DNA of 56,760 nt, taken from assembly GCA_039928255.1 (NCBI GenBank), contig JBDSTO010000073.1, positions 1 through 56,760 of the forward strand, given 5' to 3'. Every line of letters starts with the position of its first letter. Position 1 is the stretch's first letter. This DNA is from Aestuariivirga sp. (GTDB lineage Bacteria > Pseudomonadota > Alphaproteobacteria > Rhizobiales > Aestuariivirgaceae). The position numbers were made by a program, and so were the translations under genes. The notes below the pieces were generated by a model. That model ran no database searches. It saw only the letters and a program-made list of their open reading frames with translations, and had not been told where the DNA came from. Below, piece by piece: positions 9,305 through 18,870 of this stretch.

Positions 9305-9997
9305 ATGATCGTTGTGGTCGATGACCGGATGGATGTAGCGGATGCCTACAAGACAACCATTGGTAGAGAAGGTTACGCGACGGTTTGCTTCAACCCGGAC
9401 GACTTTGTGGCATGGTTCAATTCCACACAGGAAATCGATTTGGCATCCGTGGAAGCTGTCGTTCTGGGCGAATTTGAGCAGCGCGAAAATGTTACGCGCA
9501 ATGTGAAAAGCAAATCCAATATTCCTGCAATCGCTCTCATCGATTTCAAAGCGCTGGATTCGACCCTGCGCTTGTTCATGGCCGGGGCAGATGATGTGGT
9601 CCACAAGCCTGTCCACGCCCGCGAGCTGGTAGCCCGCATTGGCGCCATCGGACGGCGCAATTCAACGCAATTGTCCCAAGCGCTATGGAGCCAGGATGGA
9701 CTGATTATCTATGGCGGTGGCCGTGACATTGAGCTCAATGGCACCATCATGAAAATTCCGCGCCGCGAACTTCGAATTCTGGAATTTCTTGCAAAGCACA
9801 AGGGGCGTCGCGTCTCGCGTTCACAAATCTTCTCCGCGGTCTATGGCGTGCTTGATGAAACGGTCGAAGAATGCGTGGTTGAAAGCCATATCTCGAAGCT
9901 GCGCAAGAAGCTCAAGGAAGTTTTGGGTTATGATCCGATCGATACCCAGCGATTCCTTGGCTATCAATTGACGAACCGCCAGAGCGTTGCTGCCTGA
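9305..9997 (+). CDS. rem: OmpR-family flagellar regulator (Rem/FtcR/LafR type)
   Basis: MIVVVDDR start, GADDVVHKPVHARELVARI, wHTH VVESHISKLRKKL...DPIDTQRFLGY; beta3 ends VVLGE, lacking the canonical phospho-Asp. Confidence 0.85.
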   Translation: MIVVVDDRMDVADAYKTTIGREGYATVCFNPDDFVAWFNSTQEIDLASVEAVVLGEFEQRENVTRNVKSKSNIPAIALIDFKALDSTLRLFMAGADDVVHKPVHARELVARIGAIGRRNSTQLSQALWSQDGLIIYGGGRDIELNGTIMKIPRRELRILEFLAKHKGRRVSRSQIFSAVYGVLDETVEECVVESHISKLRKKLKEVLGYDPIDTQRFLGYQLTNRQSVAA

Positions 9998-11189
9998 TGT
10001 TGCAATAGGTTCCATTCCCACACAGTTGGGATTGGCATCAATTGTTGGCCGAATCTATAGCGGTGCAAACCCTGATGGATTGATGCAGGAAATTGTGGCC
10101 AGGCTGGATCAGCCTGCGCAGGCGGCTGGCGCGTGGCTTGATCTTTCAATCTTGCGGCGATCATTTGGCGATTTCGAAAAAGCCGAAATCTTTCAGAGCG
10201 AAGCATTGGGCACATCCCGCATTTTTCGGCAGCCCAGCTCTGCGGAAAAACCGTTACGGCTTCTCGCTTTTAAGACAGCGGGAAATTTCATGAGCAATAC
10301 GCCGCTCGAATTCATGATCGAAGGCAGTAATGTTGAAGTGATCTCTGTCTACCTCAATGAGGAGACGCAAGAGATTGGTCCCGTTCCGAAACATGATGTT
10401 GCATTGCTGGCTATTGGCGAGTCCCCTGACAGCCGGAAGGTTCTGCACCGCTGCAAAGAACTCTTGCAGAACTGGCCCTGTGAGATTCTCAATTTCAATG
10501 TGGATACAATTTTGAAGCTTGACCGTGCCTTGCTCTGGCGCTTTCTGGCGGATGCTAAAGCCTTGTATTGTCCATGGACGCAGGAGTTTGTGGGCGCCGA
10601 CTTGCGGCAGGATCCACATGGCGCAATTTCGCGGCGCATTGAAGGTGAGCAAGTGACCTTTCCCTTGATTGTTCGGCCAGAAGGTGCGCATGCGGGGACC
10701 AACACCTTCAAAGTAGACAGCATAGCCAATTTGCCGAACGTGCTTTCCAACATTTTGGATGAACGGTTAAACATCAGCCAGTTTATCGACTACTCATCGA
10801 CTGATGGCCAATACCGCAAATATCGCATCGCGCTCATCGATGGCGTTGCCTATCCGGCGCACATGGCCATCTCATCAAATTGGATGGTGCATTATCTCAA
10901 TGCGGGTATGACGGCGTCCGCCCTGAAGCGTGACGAGGAGGCCAAGTGGCTCAATGATTTCCACGAAACTTTTGCTGTTAAACATGAAGCTGCTTTCAGT
11001 GAACTTTGCAATATGCTCGAACTGGACTATTTCGCGATTGATTGCGCCGAAACACATGACGGACGCTTGCTGATTTTTGAAATCGACACGGCAATGATCA
11101 TTCATTGCATGGATGTCGAGCCCGAGTTTGCCTACAAGAAAAGACCCATGCACAAGCTTTTTGCCGCGTTTCAGGCCATGCTGGCATAG
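9987..11189 (+). CDS. ATP-grasp (RimK-like) ligase with N-terminal TPR-like helix pair
   Basis: FPLIVRPEGAHAG, QFIDY...YRKYRIALIDG, DYFAIDCAE...LLIFEID; TTG start overlaps the regulator stop. Confidence 0.75.
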   Translation: MLPDVAIGSIPTQLGLASIVGRIYSGANPDGLMQEIVARLDQPAQAAGAWLDLSILRRSFGDFEKAEIFQSEALGTSRIFRQPSSAEKPLRLLAFKTAGNFMSNTPLEFMIEGSNVEVISVYLNEETQEIGPVPKHDVALLAIGESPDSRKVLHRCKELLQNWPCEILNFNVDTILKLDRALLWRFLADAKALYCPWTQEFVGADLRQDPHGAISRRIEGEQVTFPLIVRPEGAHAGTNTFKVDSIANLPNVLSNILDERLNISQFIDYSSTDGQYRKYRIALIDGVAYPAHMAISSNWMVHYLNAGMTASALKRDEEAKWLNDFHETFAVKHEAAFSELCNMLELDYFAIDCAETHDGRLLIFEIDTAMIIHCMDVEPEFAYKKRPMHKLFAAFQAMLA

Positions 11190-11203
11190 AACTCTGATCC
11201 AGT

Positions 11204-12526
11204 CTATTTTCCGGTGCGCGTAAGTTCCGCCACTTCTGCAAAGCAATCCTGATCGCCAACATCATTGCGTGATTGAGTAAGAGCAGCGTAAAGTCGCGGC
11301 ACAAATGCGACCGATCTGTCGAGTTCCGGGTCCTTGCCGATCTGGTAACCACCCAAGGCGCGCAAATCTTTGGAGTCTTCAAACCGGCTCACCAGGTTGC
11401 GAAGATCATTGGAAGTTTTCATTTCATCCTTGGTCAAGGCCCGGTCGATAAGTCGGGAAACCGAGTCAAGAATGTCGATGGCTGGGTAGCGGCCACTTGC
11501 GGCGATTTGGCGACTGAGAACAATATGCCCATCAAGCGTGCCGCGTATGGCGTCGGCAACGGGCTCGTTGTGATTGTCGCCTTCAACGAGCACGGAATAT
11601 ATGCCGGTGATGGTGCCTTTGTGCGCACCGGGGCCAGAACGTTCAAGCAGTTTGGGCAAATCGCTGAACACACTCGGTGGGAAACCGCGCGACACCGGAG
11701 GTTCTCCGCCCGCCAGCGCCAACTCGCGCAAAGCTTGTGCATAACGGGTAACCGAATCCATTAGCAGCAATACGTTCTGGCCCTGGTCGCGATAATATTC
11801 TGCCAATGACGTGGCCAGCAATGCAGCCCGTTTCCTCAAGCTCGCAGTTTCATCGCCCGTTGCAATTACCACCACAGACTTTTCCAGGGCAGGGCCCAAA
11901 ACATGTTGGACAAAATCTGTCACTTCGCGGCCACGCTCTCCAACCAGCGCCACGATTACGCAATCAAAACTTGACGTGCGAGCCAGCAAACCCATCAGCG
12001 TGGATTTGCCAACGCCTGAGCCCGCAAAAATGCCCATACGCTGGCCAATGCAAAGCGGCGTAAAAATATCAATGGTGCGGATGCCGGTTTTTAGCCTTTG
12101 AGCGATCGGTCGGCGTTTTGCTGCCGCGGGTGGTGGGCCCTGAAAGCCAATCGCCTGGTTTCCGCGCGGCAGTGGACCCTTGCTATCCAATGGTTCACCC
12201 AGTGCTGAAACAAGTCGGCCTTTCCACTTTTCTGTCGGATATACCAGAGAGGAGCCCAACGGCTTTGCAATATCGCCCAGATGAATCTTGCCACTGGACT
12301 TTACGGGCTTTGCAATAATTTGGTCCCGGTCAATGAACACAACTTCGCCCAGGCAGTTGCCATCCTTGCCGTCAATTGTAACAAAGCTCTCCAAGCTCAC
12401 ATTTTTGGACAATCCGGAGATAATTAGACCTTTAGGCCCCATCGCAACAAGACGCCCGCGAATGGTGGCCATGCTGCCAGGCTGGCGTAGCCGATCAGCG
12501 AAATCTTCGAGTTCAGCGACGTCCAT
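11204..12526 (-). CDS. fliI: Flagellar export ATPase FliI
   Basis: GIFAGSGVGKST Walker A, GERGREV, LLMDSVTR, DGHIVLSR. Confidence 0.96.
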   Translation of the reverse strand: MDVAELEDFADRLRQPGSMATIRGRLVAMGPKGLIISGLSKNVSLESFVTIDGKDGNCLGEVVFIDRDQIIAKPVKSSGKIHLGDIAKPLGSSLVYPTEKWKGRLVSALGEPLDSKGPLPRGNQAIGFQGPPPAAAKRRPIAQRLKTGIRTIDIFTPLCIGQRMGIFAGSGVGKSTLMGLLARTSSFDCVIVALVGERGREVTDFVQHVLGPALEKSVVVIATGDETASLRKRAALLATSLAEYYRDQGQNVLLLMDSVTRYAQALRELALAGGEPPVSRGFPPSVFSDLPKLLERSGPGAHKGTITGIYSVLVEGDNHNEPVADAIRGTLDGHIVLSRQIAASGRYPAIDILDSVSRLIDRALTKDEMKTSNDLRNLVSRFEDSKDLRALGGYQIGKDPELDRSVAFVPRLYAALTQSRNDVGDQDCFAEVAELTRTGK

Positions 12527-12568
12527 GACAGCACCTCTCGCGAAAATTTAAATTTCTGGAGCGAGTTT

Positions 12569-13294
12569 TCAGTTGTGTGATCCGAGAATGTCGATAGCGG
12601 ATTTTTGGGCGTCGCCCGCTTTGTCGCTCAAGTTGCTGGCGGCCTCGAAGGCACGGGTAATTTCGATCAGCGTGGTCATTGAGGTTGCGGGATTCACATT
12701 TGATTCTTCGTAGTAGCCTTGCAACACGCCATTCTCGTTGAAGTTGGTGAGTGGCACGGCCTCGCTTTTGGGAATGAAGCCACTGGGGCCTGTGCGCTGG
12801 AAGTCGCCATTCAAATCGATGTCAAACAGGCCTACTTGGCTCAGCTTCTGACCACCTTGCACAATAGCACCGTTGGCCCCAATGCTTAAATCAGAATTCC
12901 TCGGATCGACCTGTATTGCGCCACCACCGCTATCCAACAGGGGATCGCCAGCCGCATTCAGTAGGTGGCCATCGGTTGACAGGCTAAGCCTGCCGTCACG
13001 AGAGTAGTAGGTGCCCGCCGGTGATTGAAAAGCCAGATAGCCATTGCCTTTGACGGCAATGTCGAGCGGGTTCTTGGTCTGCATCAAACCGCCTGAAGCT
13101 TCGCTTACATAGTCCTTGCTGGCTGATGCAAACGCCGTAGGCGTGGAACCTGCCTGCGAGAGCACGGATTTGAAATCGACAATCTGGGCGCGGTAACCTG
13201 CAGTTCGCGCATTGGCGATGTTTTGTGCCAACGCCGCCATGCGCTTGTCGAGAGCGAGTTGGCCTGAAAGGGCAACGTATGTTGAAGTTTCCAT
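12569..13294 (-). CDS. flgF: Flagellar basal-body rod protein FlgF
   Basis: AQNIANARTAGYR, NPLDIAV, YSRDG, EESNVN motifs. Confidence 0.9.
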   Translation of the reverse strand: METSTYVALSGQLALDKRMAALAQNIANARTAGYRAQIVDFKSVLSQAGSTPTAFASASKDYVSEASGGLMQTKNPLDIAVKGNGYLAFQSPAGTYYSRDGRLSLSTDGHLLNAAGDPLLDSGGGAIQVDPRNSDLSIGANGAIVQGGQKLSQVGLFDIDLNGDFQRTGPSGFIPKSEAVPLTNFNENGVLQGYYEESNVNPATSMTTLIEITRAFEAASNLSDKAGDAQKSAIDILGSHN

Positions 13295-14082
13295 TATGAG
13301 CCAAACCGCTTGATGGATTGAAGGGCAAGAAGTGTATTGATATCCACACCCGTTGAACCCGACGTGAACAGTGACGCCACTGACGCTGGTGCCGAAGTGT
13401 TGGAGTCTGGGTTCTGCATGTCATACATGCTGAGGAAACGAGTGATGAATGAGTCGAGTTTCTTCGGGTCCTTCATGTCGGCAAGATTGAACTTGTCTCC
13501 AATCACCTTTGCCTGTTTGTCGATGTCGACAGACGACATGGCAGCAGGCAGACCCAACGTGGTCCGTACTACCTGGTAGAGGGCTGCGTTACCCAGAATG
13601 CCATAGATGCTGGATACGTTGCCGATCTTTGCCTTGAAATTCAGGGCCAAACGCAGTCCGTCACTTTGCTTGCCCGCCTGTTCTTCAAGCAGGCTTTCGG
13701 TGTATTTGTCGATGGTGCCTTGAGTGGCCGCGTCTGTGGTGGTGGTGCTGGCGCCGTTGGCTGCGAAATTGAAGGTGCTCACGAAATCACGAAACCGCGT
13801 ATCCGAGAGCTTCATGGCAAATGAATTTGAGTCTGCCACACCTTCGTTCAAGGCCTTCTTGATGAAGGCCTTGGCATAGGTCATGTCTTTCAGGCCATAG
13901 GCCTGCATGGCGAAATTGAAAATGCGCGGATTTGCTACGAACTGATCAACGGTTGTGATCTTCCCGATGTTGGCTTTGTAATAGGCAATCTCGCGCGCCG
14001 TCGCAGGCTGGTTTGCAATGGATTGCAAAGTGCGGGCCTGGTTAGCTGTCATGGTTTTATACGATGTTACCAATCCGGTCAT
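13294..14082 (-). CDS. DUF1217-family flagellar protein
   Basis: YYKANIGKITTVDQFV, YAKAFIKKAL, DIDKQA, KFNLADMKDPKKLDSFITRFLSMYD; position before flgF. Confidence 0.85.
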   Translation of the reverse strand: MTGLVTSYKTMTANQARTLQSIANQPATAREIAYYKANIGKITTVDQFVANPRIFNFAMQAYGLKDMTYAKAFIKKALNEGVADSNSFAMKLSDTRFRDFVSTFNFAANGASTTTTDAATQGTIDKYTESLLEEQAGKQSDGLRLALNFKAKIGNVSSIYGILGNAALYQVVRTTLGLPAAMSSVDIDKQAKVIGDKFNLADMKDPKKLDSFITRFLSMYDMQNPDSNTSAPASVASLFTSGSTGVDINTLLALQSIKRFGS

Positions 14083-14090
14083 AGCTGGGG

Positions 14091-14111
14091 ATATTGGAGG
14101 TGCGACCTTGT
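14091..14111 (-). promoter_or_regulatory. Class II flagellar promoter motif (putative Rem-dependent) for DUF1217-flgF-fliI
   Basis: Minus strand ACAAG-GTCGCACCTC-CAATAT. Confidence 0.55.
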
Positions 14112-14131
14112 GGCAGCCTGACCCAACCTGA

Positions 14132-14161
14132 AAGCTTCACGCAAGTTCAGCTGCGTAGGAT
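14132..14161 (+). promoter_or_regulatory. Class II flagellar promoter motif (putative Rem-dependent) for the motA operon
   Basis: AAGCTTCACGCAAG-TTCAGCTGCG-TAGGAT; 14132-14149 is 17/18 identical to 18438-18455. Confidence 0.65.
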
Positions 14162-14179
14162 TTGAGGTGAGGAGTTCCC

Positions 14180-15049
14180 ATGACATTTATACTCGGCCTG
14201 GTTATTGTTACGGTCTGCCTGCTTGGAAGTTTTGTCATGATGGGCGGGCACATGGCCGTGCTTTGGCAACCTTATGAATATATCATCATTCTGGGCTCCG
14301 CGATTGGGACGTTCTTTGTTGCCAACCCGATAAAAATCGTAAAAGACGCAGGCAAAGCCATTATGGAGGCCATCAAGGAGGCCGTTCCAAAGCCTAGCGA
14401 CTATCTCGACATTCTGGCATTGCTCTTTGTGTTGTTGCGCGAAATGCGCGCCAAAACAAAATCGGAAATGGAAGCCCATGTTGACCAGCCCAACGAATCT
14501 GAAATTTTCAAGGCCTATCCAAGCGTTCTCAAAAATCATGATCTGACCACCTTCATCTGTGATTATTGCCGACTTGTGCTGATAGGTACGGCGCGCCCCC
14601 ACGAAATTGAGTCCCTGATGGAAGAAGAAATTGCCACCATCATGCGCGACAAGCTGAAGGTCTATATGGCCGTGACTGCCATCGCCGAAGCATTGCCGGC
14701 ATTGGGCATTGTCGCTGCCGTTCTCGGCGTCATCAAAGCCATGGGCGCTCTTGATCAGCCACCAGAAGTCCTGGGCCATCTCATCGGTTCTGCACTGGTG
14801 GGTACATTTGCGGGCATCTTGTTTTCCTACGGCTTGTTTGGCCCTTTGGCCGCCAAGATCAAAACAGTCCGCGAAAAGAAGGCCCGTATCTATGTCATCG
14901 TGAAGCAGACCATCATTGCCTATATGAATGGCAGCATGCCGCAGGTCGCCGTTGAACATGGCCGCAAAGCGGTCTCTGCCTATGAAAGGCCGACTGTTGG
15001 CGAGTTGGAACAGGCCACACTCGACGCAACCGCAAAGAAGGCTGCGTGA
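14180..15049 (+). CDS. motA: Flagellar stator protein MotA
   Basis: LWQPYE, LPALGIVAAVLG, ALVGTFAG, AVEHGRK; four TM helices. Confidence 0.96.
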   Translation: MTFILGLVIVTVCLLGSFVMMGGHMAVLWQPYEYIIILGSAIGTFFVANPIKIVKDAGKAIMEAIKEAVPKPSDYLDILALLFVLLREMRAKTKSEMEAHVDQPNESEIFKAYPSVLKNHDLTTFICDYCRLVLIGTARPHEIESLMEEEIATIMRDKLKVYMAVTAIAEALPALGIVAAVLGVIKAMGALDQPPEVLGHLIGSALVGTFAGILFSYGLFGPLAAKIKTVREKKARIYVIVKQTIIAYMNGSMPQVAVEHGRKAVSAYERPTVGELEQATLDATAKKAA

Positions 15050-15067
15050 TTGTCGCGGACATGAGCC

Positions 15068-15955
15068 ATGGGAAACCCTGAACGCCTTACAATTGCGATG
15101 TTGCAGCAAAAGCTGCCAAAGCCCGGTGTCGAAGCTTCCTCCTTCGAGGACTTCTTCAAGATGGTTGCCCAATTGATGGCTGTGGAACTGCAACTCTATA
15201 ACTCGGTTCCTGTGAAATGCACGATCATCGGCGAAAAACTGAAGCCGCTGCCAGTGGTTGAAGAAGCCAAGAATGTTTTCGCTTTTGTTTCGGGTGAAGG
15301 AAAGCTTCGCGTCTGGTATGACGCTGACAGGAGCTTTGATAATCTTCTGTGTGAACTTTGTCTCGGTGGTTCGGGTGTTCCTGAGCATCAGGAAGATGGT
15401 GTCCGCCCTCCGTCAAACTTCGAGCGCCGTTTCAGGTCCAATGTGTTGCGCAAGCTCATGGCATCGGTGCCGTTGGCTGCAAAGCGCTCCAACAACGTTG
15501 ATTTGGAAGTTGCAATTGACACTGACGAGGACTCAGGCGCACCCCCCGAAAAGTTGGCGGGCAAGACTTCTGTAGAAGTTACGGTTCAGGTCAACGCATT
15601 CTCCTTCACATCGGAGATCACACTGACATTCCTGGAAAGTGAACTGGTCAAATGCCTCGGTGGCAATGCGCGGATGGCGAGCGCCAAAGAGGTGACCGCT
15701 GCGCAGGCTCTTAGTGATTGCCGTTTTGCCGTGGAGGCCTATTTGAAGCCCCGGCAGATAACTCTCGACCAGATTGTAAACTTGGAAATCGGGCAGGTGA
15801 TTCCGCTGTCGGTTGGGATCGCAGAGCCAGTCATGCTTTCATGTGAAAACAAGCCAGTGTTCCAGGCCACAATCAGTTTGAATGGTGATCAGGTGCAACT
15901 TTCGCTCTTGTCAGAAATTCTTGAGAGCCGTCGCAAGACGGATGTTGCCGCTTAG
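15068..15955 (+). CDS. fliM: Flagellar motor switch protein FliM (divergent)
   Basis: Position between motA and fliN; LLCELCLGG, RPPSNFE, C-terminal SpoA domain (ITLDQIVNLEIGQVIPL). Confidence 0.75.
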   Translation: MGNPERLTIAMLQQKLPKPGVEASSFEDFFKMVAQLMAVELQLYNSVPVKCTIIGEKLKPLPVVEEAKNVFAFVSGEGKLRVWYDADRSFDNLLCELCLGGSGVPEHQEDGVRPPSNFERRFRSNVLRKLMASVPLAAKRSNNVDLEVAIDTDEDSGAPPEKLAGKTSVEVTVQVNAFSFTSEITLTFLESELVKCLGGNARMASAKEVTAAQALSDCRFAVEAYLKPRQITLDQIVNLEIGQVIPLSVGIAEPVMLSCENKPVFQATISLNGDQVQLSLLSEILESRRKTDVAA

Positions 15956-15976
15956 TATGTTTGGGGAAATGAATAG

Positions 15977-16288
15977 ATGATCAACGAAACACTTGACACA
16001 TTGACCGCACAAGGGCCGGGCCGCGCGGAAAACTCATTGACGGCATCCTTTGCACGGGTGCCCGTCACATTGCAGGTTATGCTGGGTTCCACCCACTTGC
16101 CGCTCTCACAACTTCTCGGTCTTCAGGCAGGATCAATGATTTCGCTCGACCAGAAATTGGGCGAGCCAGTTTCGGTGATCGTCAATGGCTGCAAAGTGGC
16201 CAGTGGCCAGTTGTTTGTGATGGATGACCAAGCCGAAAGACTGGGCGTTAAAATCACTGAGATATTCAGCGCCAAAGACGCGATTTGA
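15977..16288 (+). CDS. fliN: Flagellar motor switch protein FliN
   Basis: VPVTLQVMLGST...LDQKLGEPVSVIVNG...LGVKITEI SpoA domain. Confidence 0.92.
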   Translation: MINETLDTLTAQGPGRAENSLTASFARVPVTLQVMLGSTHLPLSQLLGLQAGSMISLDQKLGEPVSVIVNGCKVASGQLFVMDDQAERLGVKITEIFSAKDAI

Positions 16289-16301
16289 GGGCTGGATATA
16301 G

Positions 16302-17357
16302 ATGGAACGCATGGTCGTATCTTTGGCAGGACCTTTGACCTTCGGGGGAGGCGATCATCGCACAAAAAGCGAGAAAGTCGCCATTCTGCTGGCGTCGCTG
16401 GACAAGGCAGTTGCGATTGAACTTCTCAAGCGGTTCGATCCTGAAGATGTAAAGCAAATTGTCCAATCTTCCGGTCGGCTGGGCTCCCTAAACTCACGCG
16501 ATGTTGATCCGCTGATCGACGAGTTCACAACGGAATTTGCCGAGGCGCTTGGCATTTCGGCGGGCTCGCGCGAGATTGTTTCGCTGCTGGAGCAGGCCTT
16601 CACTTCAAAAGAAGTCGCCTCAATCATGGGGCAGGAAGAAGCTTCCGCCGAAGACGCGGTTTGGCCCAAGTTCAAACTTGGAGCCGAAAAATCCATGGTT
16701 CCCTATCTTCTGGACGAACATGAACAGACCGCCGCGGTAGTTCTCTCTAAGCTCACATCGGAGCTTGCCGCGCGATGCATTGCCATTCTGCCGCGCGGAA
16801 GTGCGACCCGTATTGTTTCACGCATGCTGGGTATGGGTGAAGTGAGCCCGGCGGCCTTGCGCGATCTTGAAGATGCCTTGCGCGAGGATTTCTTCGGCAA
16901 ATCGACTGCACCAGACAGTAGTGTCCGCGTTGATCGAATGGCCGCCGTGGTCAACAGGCTGGAGCGCGAACAATCGACGCAAATTCTCGAAGATGTTGAG
17001 AAATTGAAGCCCGAAGAAGTGAAGTCGCTGCGCAAGCTTATCTTCATGTTCGAAGATATTGAGCAATTGAGCCAGCCAAACCGGTTGAAACTATTCGACC
17101 GGGTGCCGACCGAATTGGTTATTCCCGCACTCTATGCCACCGAGGCCTCATTCCGTGAATCCGTGTTGTCGTCACTGGGTGCCCGGGCGCGGCGTATGGT
17201 TGAGTCTGAACTTCAGGGCGATATCTCTGCCCCGCATAAGGATACCGCCCTGGCCCGGCGCAAGATCGCCGACATCGCCATCCAAATGTCTCGTGGTGGC
17301 GACATCCAGATTCCGGAAAAGACCGATCAACCCGCAGATGCCAAGGTTGACGGTTGA
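16302..17357 (+). CDS. fliG: Flagellar motor switch protein FliG
   Basis: EKVAILL, EHEQTAA, IFMFEDI, RARRMVESEL motifs. Confidence 0.93.
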   Translation: MERMVVSLAGPLTFGGGDHRTKSEKVAILLASLDKAVAIELLKRFDPEDVKQIVQSSGRLGSLNSRDVDPLIDEFTTEFAEALGISAGSREIVSLLEQAFTSKEVASIMGQEEASAEDAVWPKFKLGAEKSMVPYLLDEHEQTAAVVLSKLTSELAARCIAILPRGSATRIVSRMLGMGEVSPAALRDLEDALREDFFGKSTAPDSSVRVDRMAAVVNRLEREQSTQILEDVEKLKPEEVKSLRKLIFMFEDIEQLSQPNRLKLFDRVPTELVIPALYATEASFRESVLSSLGARARRMVESELQGDISAPHKDTALARRKIADIAIQMSRGGDIQIPEKTDQPADAKVDG

Positions 17358-18439
17358 GCGAGGACAATGACAAGGAAAGTAAAACAGAGAAAGCCTCCGA
17401 ACGGCGAATCTCTGATGCCCTTGAAAAAGGCAACACGCCTTTCTCTCGAGAGGCGGTAACGCTAGGTTCTGTTCTCGGCATCATGTTTGCATTGTCGCTG
17501 TCAGGCACTACTGCCGGGCGGACACTGGCTTCGTCTCTCTTTCTAACCTTCGACCATGTCGGCGATACTTGGCTCGAAAACGGCAATGACTTCGGAGCAA
17601 AGCTGCGCCTGGTTTTCATGGCGAGTTTCGCGGCTATCCTGCCGATCTGGACGATTGTTGCGGCGGGAGGCATTCTGAGCTCGCTCGGGCAAAATGTGCC
17701 CAGTGCTTCGCTAGAACGCTTGCGCCCCAAGTTCGAGCGCCTCTCTCCGGCGACGAATGCTAAGCGCATTTTCGGCAAGGAAGCGTTGGTTGAATTTGCC
17801 AAGTCCCTCTTTAAATTGGCCGCAGTTGGCTTTGTCATCTACCGCGCGTTGAAAGTGAACTTGCTCGGCGGCACGTTTTCGGTGGCCCAGAACGCCAATC
17901 ATTTGCCTGAACTTATTCTCGACGTGGTCAAATCCATATTAGCGCCTATCTGCATGCTCGCCTTTGTATTGGCACTTGCCGATATCATCATGACGCGGAT
18001 GAAGTGGAACAATGATCTCAAGATGACCCGCCAAGAGGTCAAGGACGAGTTCAAGCAATCGGAAGGTGATCCTCAGCTCAAAGAGCGCATCAAGACGCTG
18101 GGCCGCCAGCGCGCGCGCAACCGCATGATGTCGGAATTGCCCAAGGCCACGGTCGTGGTCGTGAACCCCACCCATTATGCTGTCGCCCTGCGCTATGTTC
18201 CGTCTGAGGGCGGGGCGCCCATGGTGATTGCCAAGGGTCTGGACCATTTGGCATTGAAGATCAGGCATTTCTGTGAAGCGGAAGACATTCCGGTCATTGA
18301 AAACAAGGAACTGGCGCGCGGCCTCCACGCGGGTTGCGAAGTTGGTTCGATGATCCCCGTCGAATTCTATCGCGCCGTGGCTGAGATCATCCATTATATC
18401 GAAGTGAGAAAGCGTCTGGCGGCACGGCGACCGGCATAA
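17354..18439 (+). CDS. flhB: Flagellar export protein FlhB
   Basis: KTEKAS, EFKQSEGDP, NPTH autocleavage motif; TTG start. Confidence 0.96.
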   Translation: MSEDNDKESKTEKASERRISDALEKGNTPFSREAVTLGSVLGIMFALSLSGTTAGRTLASSLFLTFDHVGDTWLENGNDFGAKLRLVFMASFAAILPIWTIVAAGGILSSLGQNVPSASLERLRPKFERLSPATNAKRIFGKEALVEFAKSLFKLAAVGFVIYRALKVNLLGGTFSVAQNANHLPELILDVVKSILAPICMLAFVLALADIIMTRMKWNNDLKMTRQEVKDEFKQSEGDPQLKERIKTLGRQRARNRMMSELPKATVVVVNPTHYAVALRYVPSEGGAPMVIAKGLDHLALKIRHFCEAEDIPVIENKELARGLHAGCEVGSMIPVEFYRAVAEIIHYIEVRKRLAARRPA

Positions 18440-18467
18440 GCTTCAAGCAAGTTCATTCCTTTAAGAT
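18438..18467 (+). promoter_or_regulatory. Class II flagellar promoter motif (putative Rem-dependent) for the flgB operon
   Basis: AAGCTTCAAGCAAG-TTCATTCCTT-TAAGAT. Confidence 0.65.
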
Positions 18468-18479
18468 GGATCCACTGAA

Positions 18480-18866
18480 GTGAGGTCCGTTGTGAGCATT
18501 TTTTCGTTATTGTCTCAGCATGTTGATTATTTGAGCCAGCGTTATGCCGTCGCTGCGAAGAATGTTGCAAATGTCGACACACCCGGATTCAAGGCCCAGA
18601 AAATTGCCGAATTTCAACAAACGTTGAGTTCGGTTGGCAGTTTTCAACTGGCAAGCAGCACCGGCCAGGACCTTGCCGCTGGCCAGGCAGGCAACGCCGT
18701 CTATGACGTCTCAGCCCAGAAAAATTCCGAAGTCAAAGACAGCGGCAATGACGTGAATATGGACAAGGAAATGGCCGAAGTGGGTGAAACCTCACGACTC
18801 TTTGCCGTGGACATGAATCTGGAAAAGACCTTCCAGCGCATGTTCATGGCCAGCTTGAAAGGTTAA
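18480..18866 (+). CDS. flgB: Flagellar basal-body rod protein FlgB
   Basis: NVANVDTPGFKA, SGNDVNMDKEM; true start may be GTG 18492 (GAGG RBS). Confidence 0.92.
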   Translation: MRSVVSIFSLLSQHVDYLSQRYAVAAKNVANVDTPGFKAQKIAEFQQTLSSVGSFQLASSTGQDLAAGQAGNAVYDVSAQKNSEVKDSGNDVNMDKEMAEVGETSRLFAVDMNLEKTFQRMFMASLKG

Positions 18867-18870
18867 TTGA

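Noticed and set aside
9305-9997. Missing phospho-acceptor Asp in the response regulator as a novelty or pseudogene sign
   Set aside because: Atypical receiver domains are a known property of the Rem/FtcR family
14147-15388. 413-aa antisense ORF over motA/fliM
   Set aside because: Shadow frame of well-conserved genes; no recognisable motifs
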